Of a stretch of DNA of 64,000 bases, positions 57,620 through 64,000 are shown one piece after another. Below the pieces are notes generated by a model. That model was not told where the DNA came from. It saw only the letters and a program-made list of their open reading frames with translations, and did not search any database. This DNA comes from Candidatus Limnocylindria bacterium (GTDB lineage Bacteria; Chloroflexota; Limnocylindria; QHBO01): NCBI GenBank assembly GCA_038233215.1, contig JBBSML010000009.1:12688-76687 (forward strand), in the 5' to 3' direction. Each line of letters starts with the position of its first letter. Within the stretch, counting starts at the first letter, position 1. A program made the translations under genes and the position numbers.

Positions 57620-58940
57620 CCGCACCATCGGCTGGCTCCTGCCCGTGCTGGCGATCCTCGCCGAGGGAGCCTGGCTGACGGTCGTCTATGTCGCCGTCGA
57701 GACCGCCATCGACGGGCGGGTCCCGATTCTGGGGACGTTCGAGCTTGCGGCGGTCGCCGGACTTGCGGCCGTCGCCGTTCGACGCGGGCTGCTGCGCCCG
57801 GACGATAACCCGGTCACCTTTTTCGGCGTGCTGATCGGGATCGGCGCGGTGGGCTGGCTCTGGGATGACGGCGCGCGGTCCCTGGTGCTGGAGGGCGACC
57901 TCCCGGCCGCGATCGGGCTCCATCCCGGCGGCTGGCTGCTGCTGGTGGCCGCCATGCGCGGCGTGGGTCGGGGAATCGAGATCGACGATCGGGCGCTCAC
58001 CCGCCTCGTGCTCCTCGGCGTGCCAGGCCTCGCCGTCCCGTGGATCCTCGGACAACTTGCCGTGGGTGATCTGCGGCCGGTCTTCATCGAGCAGGCCTTC
58101 GTGGCCAGCCTGACGTTCGTCTCAGCCGGGTTCATGGCCGCCGGACTAGCTCGTCTCCAGGAGATCGGACGCGAGACCGGCGTCGACTGGCGCACGAACC
58201 GATCGTGGCTGGGCACCGTGCTGGGCGTGCTGGCCATCGTCCTTGCCATCGGGGTGCCAGCCGCCTCGCTGCTCGGTCTGCCGGTGGACGCCGTGACGCG
58301 CGGGCTCATCGGCCCCGTGCTCAGCCTGGTCGGATACCTCCTGCTGGCGGGCGCGTTCGTGGCGGCCATCCTGTCCGCTGCGCTCTATGAGGCATTGAGC
58401 CGGCTCGGCTTCACGCTCCCCGGGCCGCTGACGCCGCAGGAGATCGGTCAGCTGCCCGAGATCCGCGAATACACGATCGAGCAGCTCCAGGGACCGATCA
58501 TGACCGTCGTCATTCTCTGGGCAGGCATCCTGCTTCTCGCCGTGATCGTGCTCCGAACCTGGGTCCGCAGACGTGCCCACGGAAGGCCACGCGGCGGCGG
58601 TGATGAGCGATCGTTCAGCATTCCGCAGGGCGCCTTCCGAATGGAGATGCCTCGGTTTGGTCGAGCCGCACGGCGCCGTTGGAAGGGGACGCCGACGGAC
58701 GCGGTGAGCGCCTATCTCGCGGCACTGGACCTCCTGGCGCGACATGACCCCGCGCGCACCCGCCGCGAAACCGAGTCGCCGCACGACCATGCCGCCCGGA
58801 TCGGCCTCTCAGACATCGGTGTCCTGCAGGCCGATTACGCGCTTACCCGCTATGGCGGTCGTCGCCTGACCGTTGCCGAGAACCGTCGAGGGATCGCTCG
58901 CTGGCGCCGCCTGCGTGGCCGTCTTCGCCGAGACGCATGA
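57597..58940 (+). CDS. Multi-TM protein with C-terminal DUF4129
   Basis: About 10 TM helices; AY...L...RRETESPHDHA...YALTRYG. Confidence 0.8.
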   Translation: MRSSWRADRTIGWLLPVLAILAEGAWLTVVYVAVETAIDGRVPILGTFELAAVAGLAAVAVRRGLLRPDDNPVTFFGVLIGIGAVGWLWDDGARSLVLEGDLPAAIGLHPGGWLLLVAAMRGVGRGIEIDDRALTRLVLLGVPGLAVPWILGQLAVGDLRPVFIEQAFVASLTFVSAGFMAAGLARLQEIGRETGVDWRTNRSWLGTVLGVLAIVLAIGVPAASLLGLPVDAVTRGLIGPVLSLVGYLLLAGAFVAAILSAALYEALSRLGFTLPGPLTPQEIGQLPEIREYTIEQLQGPIMTVVILWAGILLLAVIVLRTWVRRRAHGRPRGGGDERSFSIPQGAFRMEMPRFGRAARRRWKGTPTDAVSAYLAALDLLARHDPARTRRETESPHDHAARIGLSDIGVLQADYALTRYGGRRLTVAENRRGIARWRRLRGRLRRDA

Positions 58941-59033
58941 ATCTCGCCGCACCGAGGAAATCGCACCCTGCCGCGCGCCTCAAGCGCGAGTCCCTCGATA
59001 AATCGAGACGCGACCACCCCTAGACTGGTATCG

Positions 59034-60026
59034 ATGAAAATTGCCCACGTCCGGGAGCAGGTTGCTCCCGCCGGTGCCCCGTGGCGGCTCGCCGCCGCCC
59101 TGGACCCCGATGGCGCCCGCTGGCTCGACCTCGAGGTGGCCCGCCGCGCCCTCGTCGCGACGGAACCCGCCCGCGCCCACAACAGCACGCTCTTTCGCCA
59201 GCGCATCACGACGCTCGACGCGCACCTGGCGGGCGGTATGCGGGTCGACGCGCTGGCCGACCTGCTGGAGGCAGATGCCCAAGAGGAACTGGACGCATCA
59301 GTCCTGCGATTCGGTCCGCCGATCCTGGCGCCGCCCAGCTTTCGCGACTTCTACGCCTTCGAGCGCCACGTGGGGACGATGTGGAAGCGGCGCGACATGG
59401 AGATTCCCGAGGCGTGGTATCGCCTGCCGATCTTCTACTTCAGCAACATTTCGGAGATTCGTGGACCCGGCGATGCGGTGTACGCGCCCCGCGGTTCGCA
59501 GGAGCTGGACTACGAGCTGGAGGTGGCCGCGCTCATCGACACGCCGGTCCGCGATCTCGACGCGGCACGCGGGGAGGAGGCGATCGGCGGTTACATGATC
59601 CTCAACGACTGGAGCGCGCGCGATCTTCAGCGCGACGAATCGACGGTCAGGCTGGGGCCGGCGAAGGGCAAGGACTTCGCCAGCTCCATCGGTCCATGGC
59701 TGGTCACGCCGGACGAGCTTGCCGATGCGCGCAGGGACAAGGGCTACGACCTTGCGATGACCGCCAGCGTCAACGGCGACGAGCTGTCGCGCGGCAGCTG
59801 GTCCGCTCCGCAATTCTCCTTCGGCGAGATGGTCGAGCGAGCCTCCGCGGATGTCCGCCTGCGACCCGGGGATCTCCTTGGATCGGGGACGGTGGGCACC
59901 GGGTGTCTGCTCGAAATCCGGGACGAAATTCTGAAACGCTACCTGGAGCCCGGTGACACCGTGACGCTCGCAATCGAGCGCCTTGGCAAACTGACGGCAC
60001 CCGTCGTGCAACGGCCAGCTGCATGA
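59034..60026 (+). CDS. fahA: Fumarylacetoacetate hydrolase family protein
   Basis: FRDFYAFERH, PIFYF, LDYELE, NDWSARDLQ, KGKDF, GSGTVGTGC. Confidence 0.88.
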   Translation: MKIAHVREQVAPAGAPWRLAAALDPDGARWLDLEVARRALVATEPARAHNSTLFRQRITTLDAHLAGGMRVDALADLLEADAQEELDASVLRFGPPILAPPSFRDFYAFERHVGTMWKRRDMEIPEAWYRLPIFYFSNISEIRGPGDAVYAPRGSQELDYELEVAALIDTPVRDLDAARGEEAIGGYMILNDWSARDLQRDESTVRLGPAKGKDFASSIGPWLVTPDELADARRDKGYDLAMTASVNGDELSRGSWSAPQFSFGEMVERASADVRLRPGDLLGSGTVGTGCLLEIRDEILKRYLEPGDTVTLAIERLGKLTAPVVQRPAA

Positions 60027-60514
60027 GCGCAGCCGTCGAAGCCCTCCTCGCCCGCCTGGCCGATGCAGAAGGCCGGCTGGTCGAGCATGCCGCCACCCCC
60101 GTCCCCGATCGCCTTACAGAGCCGGATCCCGGCGCAGACGAACGATGGGAGGCCGGACAGGTCTGGGCCCACATCGCCGAGTTCCCGGACTACTGGCTTG
60201 CGCAGGCGCAGCGCGTGGTCGCCCTGCCCACGCATGAGCCGGTGCCGTTCGGTCGGGTGAAGACGGACGTGGGACGCCTCGAGGCAATCGAGCGCGATCG
60301 CCACACCGATCCCGTCGCACTGCTGCAACGAGTCCGAACGTCGCTTGCCGAGGTCAGCGACGCCGCGCGCGCCCTGCCGCCCGAAGCTTGGACGCGGCGC
60401 GGCCAGCACCCGACCATCGGCGAGATGACGGTTGAACGGCTGATCGAGCGCTTCATCGTGGGGCACCTCGAGGAGCACGCCGATCAGCTCGATGCTCTCA
60501 CTCGTCCCAGCTGA
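60023..60514 (+). CDS. DinB/YfiT superfamily protein
   Basis: W...QVWAHI, GQHPTIGEMT, HLEEHADQL. Confidence 0.8.
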   Translation: MSAAVEALLARLADAEGRLVEHAATPVPDRLTEPDPGADERWEAGQVWAHIAEFPDYWLAQAQRVVALPTHEPVPFGRVKTDVGRLEAIERDRHTDPVALLQRVRTSLAEVSDAARALPPEAWTRRGQHPTIGEMTVERLIERFIVGHLEEHADQLDALTRPS

Positions 60515-60664
60515 GACGAGGCTGTTGGCGCTCGCCGCGGCGCCCAGGACCGCATGGTTGAGTCGCGTGATTGGCATGCTCACATCGTGCCACTGCGGCC
60601 GCGCGGAGCGCCGCCGTACCAGTCCGCCCCGCGTGCGGGGATTCCCGGGCGCGATAATGGGCAC

Positions 60665-61888
60665 ATGTTCTACGTCCAGCGCGGCGACGTGCCGCACAAG
60701 CGCCACACCCAATTCCGTAAGCCCGACGGCGGCCTTTACGCCGAGGAGCTGTTCGGTGTCGAGGGCTTCAGCGGCCGCGCCAGCCTCCTCTACCACCACA
60801 CTCCGCCCACCCAGACGCACCAGATCGAAAAAGTGCGCGATGTACTGATCGAGCAAAGCGAGGATGAGGCGTCCGGGCCGCATCGGCATCGGCTGGTCAA
60901 TACGAAGGACCTTCCAGCCAGCGGGAACGGACTGACCGGACGCGTCCCGCTGTTCTACAACCCGGACGTGACCTTTGGCGTGGTCCTCCCCGCAGAGCCG
61001 ATGGAGCGCTTCTACCGCAACGGCGAAGCCGATGAGATGTACTTCGTCCACAGCGGCACCGGCACCCTCGAAACCAATTTCGGGCCGATCGACTACGGGC
61101 CGGGCGATTACCTGGTGATCCCGATCGGCACGACGTTCCGGCTCGCGCCCGGCAGCGACGATCAGCGGATGTTGTGGGTGGAGTCGCCGTCGAGCATCGT
61201 GCCGCCGAAGCGCTATCGCAACGACTTTGGGCAGCTGCTCGAGCACTCCCCGTTCTGCGAGCGCGATATCCGCCCGCCAGCCGAGATAACGCCCTCACTG
61301 GACGAGGGTGATTTCGTCATCGAGGTCAAGACGCGCGGGCGGATCACCGCCTATCACTATCGCCACCACCCGTTCGACCTTGTCGGCTGGGATGGACACC
61401 TGTGGCCATTCGCGTTCAATATCGGCGACTTCGAGCCGATCACGGGGCGTGTCCACCAGCCGCCGCCGGTCCACCTCACCTTCCAGCCGCGCAACTATGT
61501 GATCTGCTCGTTCGTCCCGCGCAAGTTCGACTATCACCCGCTCGCCATTCCCGCCCCGTACAACCACAGCAACATCAACAGCGACGAGGTCATCTACTAC
61601 GTCGCCGGCAACTTCATGTCGCGCCGCGGAGTGGACATTTCGTCCTTCACCATTCACCCGGCGGGCATTCCGCACGGGCCGCACCCGGGCTCCGTCGAAG
61701 CGAGCATCGGCAAGGAGGCGACCGAGGAGCTGGCGGTCATGATCGACACCTTCCACCCGCTCCACCTCACGCGCCAGGCGTCGGAGCTTGAGGACGATCG
61801 GTATCCGTATTCGTGGATGCCGCCGACAGACGGAGCGGAGCACGCGCGCGAGCTGGCCGAACGCGGCCCGGAGGCTTTTCCCGACTGA
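60665..61888 (+). CDS. hmgA: Homogentisate 1,2-dioxygenase
   Basis: PHKRHTQF, DVVGWDG-like DLVGWDG, HQPPPVH, PYNHSNINSDE, HPAGIPHGPHP, AVMIDT. Confidence 0.93.
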   Translation: MFYVQRGDVPHKRHTQFRKPDGGLYAEELFGVEGFSGRASLLYHHTPPTQTHQIEKVRDVLIEQSEDEASGPHRHRLVNTKDLPASGNGLTGRVPLFYNPDVTFGVVLPAEPMERFYRNGEADEMYFVHSGTGTLETNFGPIDYGPGDYLVIPIGTTFRLAPGSDDQRMLWVESPSSIVPPKRYRNDFGQLLEHSPFCERDIRPPAEITPSLDEGDFVIEVKTRGRITAYHYRHHPFDLVGWDGHLWPFAFNIGDFEPITGRVHQPPPVHLTFQPRNYVICSFVPRKFDYHPLAIPAPYNHSNINSDEVIYYVAGNFMSRRGVDISSFTIHPAGIPHGPHPGSVEASIGKEATEELAVMIDTFHPLHLTRQASELEDDRYPYSWMPPTDGAEHARELAERGPEAFPD

Positions 61889-61965
61889 CGGAGACAATGC
61901 TCCACCCCTGTGCCGCCCTATCGGGCAGCGGCACACCCAGAGCCGGTTCCCAGCGCCGTGTTGCT

Positions 61966-62027
61966 CGATTTATGAGGCCGCAACGCACGCGGCCCCGTCA
62001 TGCTGTGCCTCACGGCCTCATTTATCG
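61966..62027. repeat. Palindromic intergenic element, copy 2
   Basis: CGATTTATGAGGCCG (61966-61980) / CGGCCTCATTTATCG (62013-62027). Confidence 0.65.
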
Positions 62028-62128
62028 GCGCAGGACCTGAGCCTCGGGGTGGTGCGCTGCTTGCTGATCATTCATAACGACGATCGGCGCCGATGCCGTT
62101 CGACACTGATCCTGGGAGACTCAACGCC

Positions 62129-62566
62129 ATGACCGATCCGATCGCCGTTCCCATCAACCTGTTCGAGAACGACCGCGAACTGATGGTCGTGGTGCCCATG
62201 CCGGGAGTGGCGCCCGAGGACATCAGCATCGACGTCACCGATGACGGACATCTCACGGTCCGGGCGGCGCAACACGGCGAGGGGCAGGAGCGTATCGCCT
62301 ACCTCCTGCGCGAATGGTCCTACGGACCGTACGAGCGCACCATCCAGCTGCCGCGAGCGGTGGACGCGACGCGCGCGAACCTGACATACGGCAACGGCGT
62401 GCTCTCGATCACGCTACCCAAGGCCGATACGATCAGCGCCGGCCAGGTTCTGGTCCAGCGCACCGGCCATACGCGTGGCATGGCGGCCGGCCATAGCGGT
62501 CGGCGTGGGGGAGCGGATGATGATCCGACCCCCGACGATGGCAGCAGCGCGACGACCGTGGTGTGA
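62129..62566 (+). CDS. Hsp20/alpha-crystallin small heat shock protein
   Basis: PINLFE, MPGVAPEDI, YGPYERTIQLP, NGVLSITLPK. Confidence 0.9.
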   Translation: MTDPIAVPINLFENDRELMVVVPMPGVAPEDISIDVTDDGHLTVRAAQHGEGQERIAYLLREWSYGPYERTIQLPRAVDATRANLTYGNGVLSITLPKADTISAGQVLVQRTGHTRGMAAGHSGRRGGADDDPTPDDGSSATTVV

Positions 62567-63048
62567 TCCTGTATTTCCTCCGCCACGGCAAGGCCGACTC
62601 GCCGCGCGCGATGAATGACGACGCCCGCGAGTTGTCGCGAACGGGAGTCTCCGCGCTTCGTTCCGCCGCGCCGCTCTGGCGTCGGCTCAACCTGCGCCCC
62701 GACGTCGTGATCAGCTCGCCGTTGACGCGTGCCCTCCAGACGGCCTCTCTCTTGTGCGAGGCGGTCGGAGGCAAGCCAACAACCGATGATCACCTGCGAC
62801 CAGGCGCTTCGTGGGGAGGCATGGCGCGTGCGATGGCCACACGTCCGGACGCTCGTCGCGTGATGTTCGTCGGGCACGAGCCGGACCTCTCGTCGGTCAT
62901 CTGCGAGCTCACTGGCGCTGCATCGGTGCGGATGCGCAAGGGTGGCCTGGCGTGCGTCGAGTTCTACGGCGTCCCCGAACCGGGCGGTGGCGAGATCGCC
63001 TGGCTGCTCGACCCCGATCTCTACACCGATGACGACGGAGAAGACTGA
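62563..63048 (+). CDS. sixA: SixA-like phosphohistidine phosphatase
   Basis: LRHGKA, SSPLTRALQTA, VGHEP. Confidence 0.88.
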   Translation: MILYFLRHGKADSPRAMNDDARELSRTGVSALRSAAPLWRRLNLRPDVVISSPLTRALQTASLLCEAVGGKPTTDDHLRPGASWGGMARAMATRPDARRVMFVGHEPDLSSVICELTGAASVRMRKGGLACVEFYGVPEPGGGEIAWLLDPDLYTDDDGED

Positions 63049-63071
63049 CCGGGGTGCTGTAGGCTCACCCC

Positions 63072-63479
63072 ATGGCCGACCTTCAGCTCCACACGCTCCT
63101 GCTGTGCGACTACGCACTGACCGCCCAGGACGGCAAGATCAGCGCGATCGGCGTCTTCAGCCAGATCAACATTGCGCGATTGCCGGCCACGCACGGCCGA
63201 TGCTTCATCGTGGCCATCCTCGAGGCCTCGCCCGGCGCTCACGACCTGACGCTTCAGATGATCAGTCCGACCGGGAAACCGACCCTGCAGCAGGCTCCGC
63301 AGCTCCGGATCGAGGTGCCCGCGAATGCGACCAGCGCGAACATCGTGGCCGATCTCAAGGGCATGCGGATCGCCGAGATCGGGCGACACCGGATCGAGGT
63401 TCGCGCCGGCGACCAACTGCTGGGCAGCAGCCCCTTCCTCGTCAACCTGGTCCTGCGCCAGACGCCGGGCAACGCCTGA
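63072..63479 (+). CDS. DUF6941-like beta-sandwich protein
   Basis: LLCDYA...GKISAIGVFSQI; G.H.IEV pattern. Confidence 0.65.
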   Translation: MADLQLHTLLLCDYALTAQDGKISAIGVFSQINIARLPATHGRCFIVAILEASPGAHDLTLQMISPTGKPTLQQAPQLRIEVPANATSANIVADLKGMRIAEIGRHRIEVRAGDQLLGSSPFLVNLVLRQTPGNA

Positions 63480-63529
63480 GCCCCCGACGTTCAACCTCAC
63501 GAGACGCCGCTGCGCGTCGTTCCACGCCT

Positions 63530-64000
63530 ATGAACGACATGGAACGCGCCTTCTACGCCGCTGATCCTGCATGGGACGGCCGATTCGTGGCCGCGGTGCG
63601 CACGACCGGCATCTTCTGCCGTGCATCGTGCCGTGTTCGCGAGCCGCTGCCGAAAAATGTCGAGTACCTGCCCCATCCCGTTACCGCCCGCGCCGCCGGG
63701 TACCGCGCGTGTCTGCGCAGCCATCCGGAGCGCGCAACGACCGTCATCATTCGGACCATCGACTCGCCGATCGGCCCGCTGCGGGTCGGCGCTACCGACC
63801 ATGCCATCGTGCTGTGCGATTTCGCCGACCGCGCCATGATCGGCGCGCAACTCGCGGCCGTACGACGGCGCATCGGTCCCACGCGGGACGGTACTTCGCC
63901 GCTGCTCGACCGCCTGGAATCGCAGCTGGGCGAGTACTTCGCGGGGACGCGCCTCGAATTCCATCTGCCGCTCGACATCCCCGGGAGCAGCTTTCAGGAA
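63530..64000 (+). CDS. Ada Zn-binding domain fused to O6-methylguanine methyltransferase (runs off the right edge; not in the ORF track)
   Basis: MNDMERAFYAADPAWDGRFVAAVRTTGIFCRASC...GYRACLRSHP, then IDSPIGPL...QLGEYFAG...LPLDIPGSSFQ. Confidence 0.9.
   Translation, partial: MNDMERAFYAADPAWDGRFVAAVRTTGIFCRASCRVREPLPKNVEYLPHPVTARAAGYRACLRSHPERATTVIIRTIDSPIGPLRVGATDHAIVLCDFADRAMIGAQLAAVRRRIGPTRDGTSPLLDRLESQLGEYFAGTRLEFHLPLDIPGSSFQE

Noticed and set aside
55420-58940. MoxR-DUF58-DUF4129 operon as a novel system
   Set aside because: A widespread, already recognised gene cluster; nothing atypical seen.
62030-62128. CIRCE or HAIR heat-shock operator upstream of hsp20
   Set aside because: No match to TTAGCACTC-N9-GAGTGCTAA or CTTGAGT-N7-ACTCAAG.

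Overview
About 75 CDSs in a GC-rich (roughly 67-70% by eye) bacterial chromosome segment that is mostly housekeeping and catabolic. Gene style and content suggest Chloroflexota, possibly Ca. Limnocylindria (inference only). Pathways present: amino-acid and amine catabolism (three aldehyde dehydrogenases, a class III aminotransferase, a leucine-degradation set mccB/liuC/mccA/HMG-CoA lyase, tyrosine degradation hppD + fahA-dinB-hmgA), nucleotide metabolism (pyrD, thyX, deoD, nucleoside hydrolase + ECF transporter), Ktr K+ uptake, proS, fumC, ctpA, MoxR-DUF58-DUF4129, a VapBC toxin-antitoxin pair, and envelope lipoproteins. I saw no tRNA, rRNA, CRISPR array, transposase or phage gene. Best leads: (1) a methylcrotonyl-CoA carboxylase alpha subunit with an in-frame N-terminal excisionase/MerR-type HTH, followed by a 36-codon internally deleted PIN-toxin relic coupled to both neighbours; (2) two candidate standalone ncRNAs with promoters, a ~175-nt rod (6S-like) at 1014-1189 and a ~117-nt RNA ending in a terminator at 11418-11534, upstream of a secreted C39-like peptidase + lipoprotein pair; (3) a GGDEF protein with a dead active site but intact RxxD; (4) a DinB protein sitting where the maleylacetoacetate isomerase is expected; (5) an Ada protein lacking its HTH; (6) a deletion junction fusing an HDAC-family gene to an MFS gene, plus a frameshifted VOC gene; (7) dispersed intergenic palindromic elements and many apparently leaderless genes. 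All family calls come from motif recognition by eye; no database search was run.
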